Source of the DNA: an uncultured cyanobacterium
Lineage (GTDB): Bacteria; Cyanobacteriota; Cyanobacteriia; CAKZMO01
Assembly: GCA_963719515.1 (NCBI GenBank)
Contig: CAVRCJ010000010.1
Location: 640,001 to 704,000, forward strand
DNA length: 64,000 bases
Direction: 5' to 3'
Shown here: one piece after another, positions 39,321 through 49,687 of the stretch
How the letters are laid out: the number at the start of each line of letters is the position of its first letter
Position numbering within the stretch: position 1 is the stretch's first letter
Notes under the pieces: generated by a model
What the model was told of the DNA's origin: nothing
Seen by the model: the letters and a program-made list of their open reading frames with translations, nothing else
The model's database searches: none
Position numbers and translations under genes: made by a program

Positions 39321-39448
39321 ATCTTTGGGAGACTAGAACCATGGGGACCACGGCTCATAGCTCCCGAGAATAGATCATTTGTGGGCGGGTGGCAAGAGGG
39401 CAAGGTGGGTTTCTGCTTGGGGGTTGACGGTTGGTGTTGGGCGATTGA

Positions 39449-39681
39449 GCGATCGCTTTCCCATCTATGCGCGGCTCGGGGTGCCGGAGATTTGGCGATA
39501 CGACGAAGGGACGCTGACGGTTTACCGAGACGGCGATCGCTACCGCGAGAGCGAAACCAGTTTGGCCTTTCCCACGCTGCCCGTGCAGGAACTGCCTGAA
39601 CTAATCCAGGACTATCGCCTGCAGGGTCAGCGGTTGATGCGGCGAGCGTTTCGGCAGTGGGTAAAGGATCGAGCAGGTTAA
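39449..39681 (+). pseudogene. Uma2-family endonuclease C-terminal fragment
   Basis: DRFPIYARLGVPEIWRYD...SETSLAFP; similarity begins at a HIP1 site. Confidence 0.75.
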
Positions 39682-39747
39682 TCGCTTACTCAATGGGTAA
39701 GAACTGGGCGATCGCAGACGAATCGAGCATAATCTTAAGAGATAAGC

Positions 39748-39760
39748 AAACAAACGTACT
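39748..39760 (-). promoter_or_regulatory. Possible cyanobacterial LexA box upstream of priA
   Basis: AGTACGTTTGTTT compared with the consensus RGTACNNNDGTWC. Confidence 0.4.
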
Positions 39761-39829
39761 GACTAAACTGGTAGCCTTGAAAGGGCGCGATCGCTTACCA
39801 TAGACGCTACCGCTAGTACCGCTTCTGCA

Positions 39830-42328
39830 ATGACGCCACTAACCCTGCCCCAGTCTTCCTCGCTTCCCACTGTGCAGGAACTCCCCATCTCCTACGACCC
39901 CTCCTCTCCCTGCCCCCAGTGGGTCGACGTTCTGGTAGACAGCCCCAGCGCCCGCGATCTCTACACCTACCGCTGCCCCGAAATGGCGATCGCCCCTGGA
40001 GACATTCTCAGCGTCCCCTTCGGCAGCCAGCAGCTGGGGGGCATCGCGGTACAGCTGCGGACCCTATCCCCTGACCTAGACCCCGCCACGATTCGAGAGG
40101 CTCAGGTGGTGAGTCGGGGCTTTTTTCCGTCCGACTACTGGACCCTGCTGCAGCGGGTAGCCGACTACTACTGCGCCCCCCTGATGTCGGTGATTCGTAC
40201 AGCGCTGCCCCCCGGGCTATTGGGCCAGTCTCAGCGGCGGGTGCGACTGCAGCGCGATCGCTACAGCGAGCTGCAGGCCCTAGCGCTCTCTCCCGCCGCT
40301 CAGCAGCTGGTTGCCCTACTGCTGAAGCAGCCCCAGGGCGACTATTCTTGGGTCTATTTGCGGCGGCAGGTGAAGGGGGCCGCCAAGGCGCTGCGGCAGC
40401 TCCAGCAGCTGGGGTGGGCGGAGAGCTATTTGGAGCCCCCCGCCCACGTGAAGCCCAAGCGCCAGCAGGCGGTGACTCTGATAGGAGACTCTGAGACCCT
40501 GACGCCCCGCCAGCGGGAAGTGCTAGAAGTCCTGCGCAAGCGGGGGGGAGATCTGTGGCTGCGGGAGCTGCTGCAGGTGTGCGCGACTAGCTCCTCTACG
40601 GTAAAGACGCTAGAGCGCAAAGGCTGCGTCACCATTCAGGCGAGGGAGCGGCTGCGCACCGCTTCGGGGGCCGTAGCGATCGCCGACCCGAAGCGCGAGC
40701 TGACCCCAGCCCAGACTGAAGCGGTGCAGACGCTAGAAGGGCTAAAGGGCTTTCACTCGGTGCTGCTCCACGGCGTTACCGGCTCCGGCAAGACCGAGGT
40801 GTACCTGCGGGCGATCGCCTCGGTTTTAGAGACGGGGCGCTCCGTGCTGCTGCTGGTGCCGGAAATCGGGCTGACCCCCCAGCTCACCGACCGAGTCACG
40901 GCTCGGTTTGGCGATCGCGTCCGGGTCTACCACAGCGGCCTTTCAGACGGCGAGCGCTACGACGCCTGGCGGCTGATGCTGCAGGGGGTGCCCCAGGTGG
41001 TGATTGGCACCCGCTCCGCCGTGTTTGCGCCTCTCCCGCACCTAGGGCTAATTATCCTGGACGAAGAGCACGACGGCTCCTACAAGCAAGACCAGCCCGT
41101 TCCTTGCTACCACGCCCGCACCGTCGCCCGCTGGCGAGCCGAGCTGACGGGCTGTCCGCTACTGCTGGGGAGCGCCACGCCGTCTCTGGAGTCTTGGGTG
41201 GCGGCGCAGGCCAAGCAGCCCCGCCACCACTACCTCTCCCTGCCGGAGCGCGTCGCCGCCCGGCCGTTGCCCAAAATCACCGTCGTCGACATGCGCCAGG
41301 AGCTACACAAGGGCAACCGCTCCATCTTTAGCTATCCTCTGCAAGATGCGCTGCAGGCCCTCAAAGAGCAGCAGCGCCAGGGCATTTTGTTCATCCACCG
41401 CCGGGGCCACAGCACCTTTGTCTCCTGCCGCGCCTGCGGTGAAGTGCTCACCTGCCCCCACTGCGACGTTTCGCTGACCTATCACCAGCCCACCGCTCGC
41501 TCAGCCCCCTCCCTGCGCTGCCACTACTGCAGCTACGGGCGATCGCAGCCTGAAACCTGTCCGGAGTGCGACTCTAGCTACCTGAAACACTTTGGCAGCG
41601 GCACCCAGCGGGTGATGGAGGCCCTGGGTCAGCAGTTCCCCGAGCTGCGCTGCCTGCGGTTCGACAGCGACACCACCCGCACTAAAGGATCTCACCGCAC
41701 CCTGCTCACCCGGTTTGCGCGGGGCGAGGCGGATTTGCTAGTCGGCACCCAAATGCTCACTAAGGGCATCGACCTGCCCCAGGTGACCCTGGTGGGGGTG
41801 GTGACCGCCGACGGCCTGCTGCACCAGTCCGACTACCGCGCCAGCGAGCGGGCCTATCAGCTGCTGACCCAGGTGGCGGGCCGGGCCGGGCGGGGGGAGG
41901 AGCCGGGGCGGGTAATCGTCCAGACCTATTCCCCTGAGCACCCGGTGATTGAGGCGGTGCAGCGGCAGGACGAGGCCGGATTCCTGCATACCGAGCTGTC
42001 CCAGCGAGAGGCGCTGAGCTACCCGCCCTATGGCCAGCTGATTGGCCTGCGCTTTAGCGGCACCGATGAGGAGATGGTGCAGCAGACGGCGGAGGCGATC
42101 GCGGCCCGGCTGCGTCCCCCCGAAGACGGTCCCGTCAGCTACCAGATTCTCGGCCCCGCCCCAGCCACCATTCTGCGGGTGGCCCGCCGCTATCGCTGGC
42201 AGCTGCTGATTAAGTGTGCGGGAGAGGCCGCCGCCGTAGTTCGGCAGCTAGAGCTAGCTAGTCTGCGATCGCGCTGCCCTGCTACAGTGAGCGTGACCGT
42301 GGATGTCGACCCGCTTCACCTGCTGTAG
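39830..42328 (+). CDS. priA: Primosomal protein N'
   Basis: GVTGSGKTEVY, DEEH, zinc fingers, QVAGRAGR. Confidence 0.97.
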   Translation: MTPLTLPQSSSLPTVQELPISYDPSSPCPQWVDVLVDSPSARDLYTYRCPEMAIAPGDILSVPFGSQQLGGIAVQLRTLSPDLDPATIREAQVVSRGFFPSDYWTLLQRVADYYCAPLMSVIRTALPPGLLGQSQRRVRLQRDRYSELQALALSPAAQQLVALLLKQPQGDYSWVYLRRQVKGAAKALRQLQQLGWAESYLEPPAHVKPKRQQAVTLIGDSETLTPRQREVLEVLRKRGGDLWLRELLQVCATSSSTVKTLERKGCVTIQARERLRTASGAVAIADPKRELTPAQTEAVQTLEGLKGFHSVLLHGVTGSGKTEVYLRAIASVLETGRSVLLLVPEIGLTPQLTDRVTARFGDRVRVYHSGLSDGERYDAWRLMLQGVPQVVIGTRSAVFAPLPHLGLIILDEEHDGSYKQDQPVPCYHARTVARWRAELTGCPLLLGSATPSLESWVAAQAKQPRHHYLSLPERVAARPLPKITVVDMRQELHKGNRSIFSYPLQDALQALKEQQRQGILFIHRRGHSTFVSCRACGEVLTCPHCDVSLTYHQPTARSAPSLRCHYCSYGRSQPETCPECDSSYLKHFGSGTQRVMEALGQQFPELRCLRFDSDTTRTKGSHRTLLTRFARGEADLLVGTQMLTKGIDLPQVTLVGVVTADGLLHQSDYRASERAYQLLTQVAGRAGRGEEPGRVIVQTYSPEHPVIEAVQRQDEAGFLHTELSQREALSYPPYGQLIGLRFSGTDEEMVQQTAEAIAARLRPPEDGPVSYQILGPAPATILRVARRYRWQLLIKCAGEAAAVVRQLELASLRSRCPATVSVTVDVDPLHLL

Positions 42329-42357
42329 GGTTTGTTCTTTCACCCAATCTTTCGCCC

Positions 42358-42936
42358 ATGCTGCTCCCCGCCGCCCTGCTGGCTCCCTTTTTAGCCCAGA
42401 TTCTTGAGGCCCCTGACACCCCTGAACCCGCCCCCACCGGGGTCATCCTGCAGCTCTACGTGCTAGAGGTGACCCCCAGCCCGGGCCTAGACCTGCCGCC
42501 CCTAGAGCAGCGTCCGGCGGTGTATGCGGAGCTAGCTCTAGGGAACCAGCAGCGCACCACCTTAGCGATCGCTCCCGAGGTGATTGGCGACAGCGTTTTC
42601 CCAAACTGGGGGCTCAGCGCCCGGCAGGACGCCCCGCGTCTCGCACCCGGCCATCCCACCCAGATTATTATCCGGGTGTTCGACCAGGACAGCGAGCTAG
42701 AGGACATCATCGACGACAAGGTCGTGCAGACGGCGATTCAGTTCGACCCCTATGCCTGCGAGGCCTCTATCAACGCCTTTGACCTGACGGGGCGCTGGCA
42801 GGACGATGTGACCTGCGTGCTGCCCATCGACACTATCGAGAGCGAAGGTGGCACGATGGGGGTGGTGCTGGCGGCTCGCTGGGCCAACGCCGCGCCAGGG
42901 GCTAGAGGTGGAGGGCGTGAGGAAGCAGAAAACTAG
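42358..42936 (+). CDS. Hypothetical exported protein, C2-like beta domain
   Basis: Hydrophobic N-terminus; ..FPNW..IIIRVFDQD..EDIIDD. Confidence 0.65.
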   Translation: MLLPAALLAPFLAQILEAPDTPEPAPTGVILQLYVLEVTPSPGLDLPPLEQRPAVYAELALGNQQRTTLAIAPEVIGDSVFPNWGLSARQDAPRLAPGHPTQIIIRVFDQDSELEDIIDDKVVQTAIQFDPYACEASINAFDLTGRWQDDVTCVLPIDTIESEGGTMGVVLAARWANAAPGARGGGREEAEN

Positions 42937-43511
42937 TCCGGCAGGCTATCTGGCTTAGAGCGGGGAAATTGCCCTCGGCGCTTGCGGGCTTCCATCGCCC
43001 GCTCCAGCATGTTGAGCAGCCCCGGCGCTTCTTCCTGCAGGGTCAGCAGCAGGCGCTCACCCATGTCAATATCTGAAGGGTCCTCCCCCGTTTCCATGAC
43101 GGACCTGAGGCGAGGCATGGCGATCTCATCGATGATTTCCACAAGCCCCTGCAGACAGCGGTTAAACTGCCGCTCAGTGAGGGTCGAGTCTTCCAGCGGA
43201 AATTCAATGATGGCGCGGATCTCGCCGTCTGAGGGGTCATACTCCCACTGCAGCATCTTGGTCTCCCAAGAAATGCGCAGCATGGTCTGCAGGATAGAGA
43301 GCTTGTAGGGATGATCCTGAATGCCAGCCAGCACCCGGGGCGCAAACAGCTTGAAAAATTCGCCCTCTTCTTCTAGCTGCACCACGATTAGGAAGTCGTC
43401 GATGTAGGCGGCATAGCCCTCTATTAGCACCCGCTGCCCGTCCTGGTCGAGGCTGTAGCTCCAGACGGTGTTCTCTAGATAGCTGGCAATTTGCTCTAGG
43501 GTTACGGCCAT
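42933..43511 (-). CDS. Conserved hypothetical protein (YbjN/T3SS-chaperone-like fold)
   Basis: ETKMLQWEYDPSDGEIRAIIEFPLED motif. Confidence 0.8.
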   Translation of the reverse strand: MAVTLEQIASYLENTVWSYSLDQDGQRVLIEGYAAYIDDFLIVVQLEEEGEFFKLFAPRVLAGIQDHPYKLSILQTMLRISWETKMLQWEYDPSDGEIRAIIEFPLEDSTLTERQFNRCLQGLVEIIDEIAMPRLRSVMETGEDPSDIDMGERLLLTLQEEAPGLLNMLERAMEARKRRGQFPRSKPDSLPD

Positions 43512-43808
43512 GGATGCCCTCAAAGACGTACAAATAGCGGATCCGATCATATCAGGCTGTGGTGAGAGGACGATGAGTCCTCTTCAGGTAAGGCTGATGG
43601 CCGTTTTGAGCGATGGAATAGACCGCAAGCTAAGGCCTAAGCTGAACTGGGGAGCGCTGGTGAGGAATCCGTATGGGGTCACCCCTGTAGACCGACTTCT
43701 CGAACGGCAGACTGCTTGGCTACACTGGGGTTATAGGCAAAACAGCCAGTGAGCCACAGCGCCACTGCCGCCGTCTTGCCGCTACTATCGTCACCCCACA
43801 ACTCACCC

Positions 43809-45272
43809 ATGGCGCTCCAACACCCATTCGCAATTTTTCGTAAGCCGCTGGTCATTGGCGGACTCGGGCTCACCGCAGGCGTCTGGCTTTGGGAGAGTAT
43901 CATGCCCACCGGCATGGACTGGAGCGGCACTCTGCTGTGGGGATCGGCGATCGCGGGAACCGGGCTGTGGTGGCTGCGTCAGCGGCAGCCCAGCGTAATG
44001 CCGCCGGACGTGGTCAAGCCCGTTAGCCTAGAGCAGTTTCAAAAAGATATCGAGCGCCTCGAAGGAGAGCTGAACCAGCTCAAAACTGAAGGGGGAGAAG
44101 CGGGGAGCGCTCAGGTTGCGGCGCTGGAGGAGAAGCTACAGCACTGCCGCGACAGCCTGACGCGATCGCAGCTGACCGCAACTTTAGTCGGTGCGCAAGG
44201 CGTGGGCAAAACCGCTCTTATGGCGCAAATTCAGGCCGCTGACCTGAACCTTGAAGGCTATCAGCTCCAGTACTGCGATACGCCAGGGCTGTTTGGGGCC
44301 GACGCGCCGGAAGATGCCCTAGAGACCTTAGCCAGCCTAGACATCGCTGAGAGCGACCTGATTGTGTTTGTGGTGGCTGGGGATCTGGTAGACGAAGAAT
44401 ATAATCTGGTTCAGTCGCTGCTGAAGCAGGGGCACCGGGTCTTGGTGGCCTGCAACAAATGGGACCGCTACCTACCCGCCGAGCAGCCCTCTATTTTGCA
44501 GCAGGTGCGCCACCACCTCAGCCAGCTCAGCGAGCAAGATATTCTCTCAGTGATGGCGGCACCCGCGACCATCAAGCGGCGTCAGCACCAGGACGACGGC
44601 ACAGTGGCCGAGAGCACCATCACACCTGTCGCAGACGTAGCGGCACTGGCCACCCGGCTTACCCAAGTGGTGAGCCAGGAAGGGCGGCAGCTGGTGCTGG
44701 GCAGCGCTAGCCGACAGCTCGGGGGCTTAGTCTCCCAGGCCCAAGGCTACCTGAATGGCCACCGCCGCCGTCAGGCCACTCCGGTGATCGAGCGCTATCA
44801 GTGGCTGACTGGGGCGACGGCCTTTGCCAACCCGCTGCCCACCCTTGACGTGGTGGCGACGGCGGCCATCAACGGGCAGATGGTGCTCGATCTAGGCAAG
44901 CTCTACAAGCGATCGCTCTCTTTAGACCAGGCTGAGGTGACCGCCAAGGCCCTGGCCGAGGTGATGGTAAAGCTGGGCCTCGTCGAGATTGCGAGCCAGG
45001 CCATCAGCCCATTATTAAAAGGCCATCTGGTGACCTATGCCGCTGGCGGGGCGCTGCAGGGGCTGAGCGCCGCCTACCTGACGCGGGTGGCGGGTCTGAG
45101 CCTAGTAGAATATTTTGAGACTCATCCTACCGATACGACTATCAATATCGGCCATCTGACACCGATTTTGCAGCGGTTGATGTCGCAGCAGAGACGGTTG
45201 GATTCTCTGAAGCAGTTTGTGCAGCAGGGCGTGAAGCGACTGGCTCCCGCCGCGGCAGCGCCAGCGACTTAG
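43809..45272 (+). CDS. GTPase-like domain + DUF697/YcjF protein
   Basis: GAQGVGKT, DTPG, NKWD; NPLPTLD C-terminal domain. Confidence 0.88.
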   Translation: MALQHPFAIFRKPLVIGGLGLTAGVWLWESIMPTGMDWSGTLLWGSAIAGTGLWWLRQRQPSVMPPDVVKPVSLEQFQKDIERLEGELNQLKTEGGEAGSAQVAALEEKLQHCRDSLTRSQLTATLVGAQGVGKTALMAQIQAADLNLEGYQLQYCDTPGLFGADAPEDALETLASLDIAESDLIVFVVAGDLVDEEYNLVQSLLKQGHRVLVACNKWDRYLPAEQPSILQQVRHHLSQLSEQDILSVMAAPATIKRRQHQDDGTVAESTITPVADVAALATRLTQVVSQEGRQLVLGSASRQLGGLVSQAQGYLNGHRRRQATPVIERYQWLTGATAFANPLPTLDVVATAAINGQMVLDLGKLYKRSLSLDQAEVTAKALAEVMVKLGLVEIASQAISPLLKGHLVTYAAGGALQGLSAAYLTRVAGLSLVEYFETHPTDTTINIGHLTPILQRLMSQQRRLDSLKQFVQQGVKRLAPAAAAPAT

Positions 45273-45381
45273 CGCAGTCTGGGTCCGCCTTCGCAGGTTG
45301 TCGCCGTCTCCACAAGTTAACGTCAGCGTGACTTAGCCCAGGCGGCGACATTAGATTGCCCACTTTCAGGATTTATCTGCC

Positions 45382-46812
45382 ATGGTGAACCGCGCCTACC
45401 TAGCGCAAGCGCAAGCGGTCCTTGAGCAAACCTTGACCCGGTATCGATCAGACTTGGGACCGTCCTCGGCAGAGGGCGTCACCCTCAAGGCTGAGCTAGA
45501 GGAGATGGCCGAGGCGCTAGAGACCCTAGAAGACCCCGTGATTCGCATTGCGGTGTTTGGGGTGGTGAGTCGCGGCAAGTCTGCGGTGATCAATGCCCTG
45601 ATGGGCAAAAAGCTGCTGAAGACAGGTCCGCTCCATGGGGTGACCCAGTGGCCCCGGTCGGTGTATTGGTCTCCTACAAATGACCTGAAAGTTGAGCTGG
45701 TGGACACCCCCGGGCTGGGGGAAGTGCAGGGGGATGAGCGGGCCGATATGGCCCGGACGGTGATTGACCAGGCTGACCTGGTGCTGTTTGTGGTGGCGGG
45801 AGACCTGACGCGCACCGAATATACGGCTTTAGAGGCGCTGTGGCAGGGGCGCAAGCCGCTGCTGATAGTGTTCAACAAGATCGACCAGTACCCCGACCGA
45901 GACCGGCAGAGCATCGCTCAAATGCTTAGAACAAGGGCGCTGCAGAATAAAGCGCTGCAAACTCAGACGCCATCGGAGCAACCCTCGCTCCAGTCGCCGC
46001 CGGAGGAACCGTCGCTGCCAGAGCCGTCACCGTCGCAGCCTGCCGCTCTAGAGCCCACTGCACCGCCTTTAAACCTTTCCCCCGACGATATCGTTTTAGT
46101 GGCTGCAGACCCTGCCCCCCTGCAGGTGCAGGTCGACTGGCTCGACGGGCGCACCACCTATGAGTGGGAAACGCCGCCCCCGCAGATTGAGCCGCTGAAG
46201 GAGCGACTGCTGGCGGTGCTGACTCAAGATGGAGAAGCCTTAGTCGCCTTGAGGGCGCTGCGGCAGGCCCAGCAAAGCGAGGCAGCGATCGCCAAAAAGA
46301 ATTTGTTTCGCCACAAAGAAGAGGCCGACGACCTGATTTGGACCTTCGCGCGCTGGAAGAGTCTGGTGGTGGCTATCAACCCGGTGGCGGGGCTTGACTT
46401 GGCCGGGGGCGCGATATCGGACCTGGTGATGATTCGCACTCTGGCGCGGCTCTACGGGCTGCCAATGACCAGCCATGGGGCTAAGGATCTTTGGAACGCT
46501 ATTGTGTGGAGCGCGGGTGGTCTGCTGGTGGGTGAGTTTGGCAGCGGCCTACTTTTAGGCTTTGGCAAAAGCGCTACGGCGGCGATGACGGCGGTTTCTG
46601 GCGGCGCCAGCTTAGGAGCCTACGCTTCGACAGCGTTTGCTCAAGGAACTTTAGCCGGCTATGGGTCATACCGAGTGGGGAAAGCGGCGCAGACCTATCT
46701 AGAAAACGGCTGCACTTGGGGACCGGACGGCATCAATGCCGCTATTCAAAAGCTCTTCAGTCAAATCGACGGAGACAGCGTGCTGCGGCGGCTGCGGCAG
46801 AACGGCCCATAG
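45382..46812 (+). CDS. GTP-binding + DUF697 protein
   Basis: GVVSRGKS, DTPG, NKID; NPVAGLDL. Confidence 0.9.
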   Translation: MVNRAYLAQAQAVLEQTLTRYRSDLGPSSAEGVTLKAELEEMAEALETLEDPVIRIAVFGVVSRGKSAVINALMGKKLLKTGPLHGVTQWPRSVYWSPTNDLKVELVDTPGLGEVQGDERADMARTVIDQADLVLFVVAGDLTRTEYTALEALWQGRKPLLIVFNKIDQYPDRDRQSIAQMLRTRALQNKALQTQTPSEQPSLQSPPEEPSLPEPSPSQPAALEPTAPPLNLSPDDIVLVAADPAPLQVQVDWLDGRTTYEWETPPPQIEPLKERLLAVLTQDGEALVALRALRQAQQSEAAIAKKNLFRHKEEADDLIWTFARWKSLVVAINPVAGLDLAGGAISDLVMIRTLARLYGLPMTSHGAKDLWNAIVWSAGGLLVGEFGSGLLLGFGKSATAAMTAVSGGASLGAYASTAFAQGTLAGYGSYRVGKAAQTYLENGCTWGPDGINAAIQKLFSQIDGDSVLRRLRQNGP

Positions 46813-46836
46813 ATTACTTAAGATGAACCGAGCTAG

Positions 46837-47717
46837 GTCTATAACTACGCCCTGCGTGAACGCAAAGATTGGATAAATTCTAGAAGCTGTGCGGCTAATG
46901 CCTGCTCGCTTCAGTCGGAGTACATTGTGGCGGCAGATGCGCCCTACCCTGACGACTGCGAGCAGCAAAATGCATTGACCGCCGCCAAAAAGTGCTCTCC
47001 CCACTTGAAAGATGTTCACTCTCAGGTGATTCAAGAGCCTATTCGCAGAGTAGAGGCAGCGTTCGCTGCTAGAAAAGAGCGAGGCCATGGTTTCCCACGC
47101 TTTAAGAAGTTTGGGTAATACCGCTCGTTTCTGTTTCCACAGTTCAAGGAAAACCCGGTGAGAGGCAACCAAATTAAGCTGCCAAAGCTGGGCTCTATAC
47201 GCATCGTCTTGCACCGAGCTATCCCTGATGAGTTCGAGGTGAAGACGGTGCGCATCGTCAAAAAGCACTTGGGGTGGTACGCCACCCTTTGCATTCAAGC
47301 CGATGTCGATTTCGTAGAAGAGCTGGACTTGCGCATCATGGCGAAAGGGATGCTGGGCAAGCACACCCTGGACGCTGGCCTTGGGCAGTTCGTCAACCAG
47401 GTGCTGCCCTGGGTATGCTTCAAGCGCGGCGTCTACTACGGCAAAGTGCACCCTTACGGCACCTCTCAGGAGTGCCCTGACTGTGGTTCGGGGTCAAAAA
47501 GTCCATAGGCGATCGCGTCCATCGTTGTCATGCCTGTGGGTCGGTTAAGCCGAGAGATATCGCGGCTGCTCAAGTTGTCAACGCCCGTGGAATTTTGGGT
47601 ACTCAAATTGCCTGTGGAGCCGAGGTAGCGGGGATGTGGGGGACCATATCTAGCCAACTGGCCCAGAAGCAGGAAACTCATCGGGTGACCGATGAAGCCC
47701 GCGCTCTATCGCGTCAG
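46837..47717 (+). pseudogene. tnpB: Degraded tnpB element (5' truncation, internal stop, RuvC-I deletion) with partial right-end/omegaRNA sequence
   Basis: VYNYALRERKDWINSR...GFPRFKKFG* ...QADV|DFVEELDL...TSQECPDCG; 3' sequence GAAGCCCGCGCTCTATCGCGTCAG. Confidence 0.85.
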
Positions 47718-47801
47718 CAGTATTCACCGAGAGCAACCTTGCGGTAGGATCATCTTTAAACCTCAATACGCCCCAAGGTGTGCGATCGCACCGGAGACCT
47801 C

Positions 47802-48956
47802 ATGGATGACAAACAGATGCTAATGATTCCTGGCCCTACGCCAGTACCAGAGCGGGTACTGCAGGCCATGGCCAAGCACCCCATCGGTCATCGCAGCGGC
47901 GAGTTTTCTGAAATTTTGGCCGAAGTCAATCAAGGGCTCAAGTGGCTGCACCAGACCAGCCAAGACGTGCTGATGCTGACCGCTAGCGGCACCGGCACCA
48001 TGGAAGCGGGCATGGTCAACTTTCTAAGTCCGGGCGATCGCATCTTAGTGGGCAGCAACGGCAAGTTTGGCGAACGCTGGGCGCTGCTGGGCGAGGCCTA
48101 CGGGCTCCAGGTGGAGCGGGTGGAGGCCGAGTGGGGCAAGGCGCTGGACCCCGAGGCGTTTCGCACCAGGCTAGAGGCTGACGCCGACAAGACCATCAAG
48201 GCGGTGGTGGTCACCCACAGCGAGACCTCGACCACGGTACTCAACGACCTAGAAACCATCAACAGCCACGTCAAGGCCCACGGCGAAGCGCTAATCATGG
48301 TAGATGCGGTCACTAGCCTAGGGGCCATCAGCGTGCCGGTGGACGTCTGGGAGCTAGACGTGGTGGCCTCCGGCTCTCAAAAAGGGTACATGATTCCGCC
48401 AGGTCTGGGGTTTATCACCGTCAGCGAAAAGGCCTGGAAAGCTTACGAGACGGCTACCCTGCCGCGCTTCTACCTCGACCTAGGGAAGTACCGCAAAGCG
48501 GCGGCCAAAAATAGCACCCCCTTCACGCCCCCGGTGAACCTAGTGTTCGCGCTCCACGCCGCTCTAAAAATGATGCAGGCGGAGGGCCTCAACGCTATTT
48601 TTGACCGCCACCTTCGCCAGCAGCGGGCGACGCGGGCGGCGATGATGGCTTTGGGTCTGCCCCTGCTGGCGGCGGATGAGGTGGCCAGTCCGGCGGCCAC
48701 CGCCGTAGCCCCGGTGGGGACCGAAGCCGAATACATTCGCAGCGCCCTCAAGCAGCGCTACGACATCATTACCGCCGGGGGCCAGGACCACCTGAAGGGC
48801 AAGATCTTCCGCATCGGCCATCTGGGCTTCGTGAGCGATCGCGACATTCTGAGCGTGGTGGCGGCCATCGAGTCGGTGCTGATGGAGGCGGGTCAGCTTC
48901 AAGACGCAGGGGCCGGCATTAAAGCCGCCGCCACAGCGCTGAGCGCCCACATCTAG
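47802..48956 (+). CDS. Alanine-glyoxylate/serine-pyruvate aminotransferase (class V PLP)
   Basis: MIPGPTP, HSETST, SGSQKGYMIPPG, FRIGHLG. Confidence 0.93.
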   Translation: MDDKQMLMIPGPTPVPERVLQAMAKHPIGHRSGEFSEILAEVNQGLKWLHQTSQDVLMLTASGTGTMEAGMVNFLSPGDRILVGSNGKFGERWALLGEAYGLQVERVEAEWGKALDPEAFRTRLEADADKTIKAVVVTHSETSTTVLNDLETINSHVKAHGEALIMVDAVTSLGAISVPVDVWELDVVASGSQKGYMIPPGLGFITVSEKAWKAYETATLPRFYLDLGKYRKAAAKNSTPFTPPVNLVFALHAALKMMQAEGLNAIFDRHLRQQRATRAAMMALGLPLLAADEVASPAATAVAPVGTEAEYIRSALKQRYDIITAGGQDHLKGKIFRIGHLGFVSDRDILSVVAAIESVLMEAGQLQDAGAGIKAAATALSAHI

Positions 48957-48962
48957 ACTCCC

Positions 48963-49685
48963 ATGGTGTCTCCCCGCGATCGCATTATCGTTCCTCTCGA
49001 CGTCCCCACCCAGGACGACGCCCTGCGGTTGGTGGACCAGCTCCCCGACGTGCTGTTTTGGAAGGTGGGCCTAGAGCTGTTTGTCAGCGCGGGTCCCGAT
49101 ATCTTGTCGGTGCTCCGCGCCCGTGAGAAGAAGGTGTTTTTAGACCTAAAGCTGCACGACATTCCCAACACGATGATGGCGGCCTGCCAAGCAGCGGCGG
49201 GCTACGGCGTGGACCTGCTGACGGTGCATGCGGCGGCGGGCCACAGTGCTCTCTCGGGCTTACCTGACGCCGCCAGTCGGGGTGCAGCGGCAGCAGGGGT
49301 GCCGCCGCCCCAGGTGATTGGCGTGACTCTGCTCACCAGCATCGACGCCCGCACCCTAGCCTTCGAGCTGAAGGTGCCCATTGAGCTGCCGGAATATGTG
49401 CTGCAGCTGGCTCTACTGGCGCGGGACAGCGGGCTAGCCGGAACCGTCTGCTCGCCCCAGGAGGCCGCCCAGCTGCGGCAGGTGTGCGGCGAGGACTTTT
49501 TGCTGGTCTGCCCCGGCATCCGCCCGGCGTGGTCCGAGGCTGGGGATCAGCGGCGATCGCTCACCCCGGCGGCGGCGATTAAGGTAGGAGCAGACTACCT
49601 GGTGATTGGCCGACCGATTACGGCAGCCGCAAGCCCGGTTGACGCTTACCACCGCGTCTGCGACGAACTGTCGAGTCTAGGCTGA
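48963..49685 (+). CDS. pyrF: Orotidine-5'-phosphate decarboxylase
   Basis: [29 protein letters not shown]. Confidence 0.97.
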   Translation: MVSPRDRIIVPLDVPTQDDALRLVDQLPDVLFWKVGLELFVSAGPDILSVLRAREKKVFLDLKLHDIPNTMMAACQAAAGYGVDLLTVHAAAGHSALSGLPDAASRGAAAAGVPPPQVIGVTLLTSIDARTLAFELKVPIELPEYVLQLALLARDSGLAGTVCSPQEAAQLRQVCGEDFLLVCPGIRPAWSEAGDQRRSLTPAAAIKVGADYLVIGRPITAAASPVDAYHRVCDELSSLG

Positions 49686-49687
49686 GT

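Noticed and set aside
43809..46812. Tandem GTPase-DUF697 pair as a new system
   Set aside because: I recall this pair as widespread in cyanobacteria; function is unclear but nothing unusual is visible here.
46699..47451. 250-aa minus-strand ORF
   Set aside because: Antisense shadow of the tnpB pseudogene.
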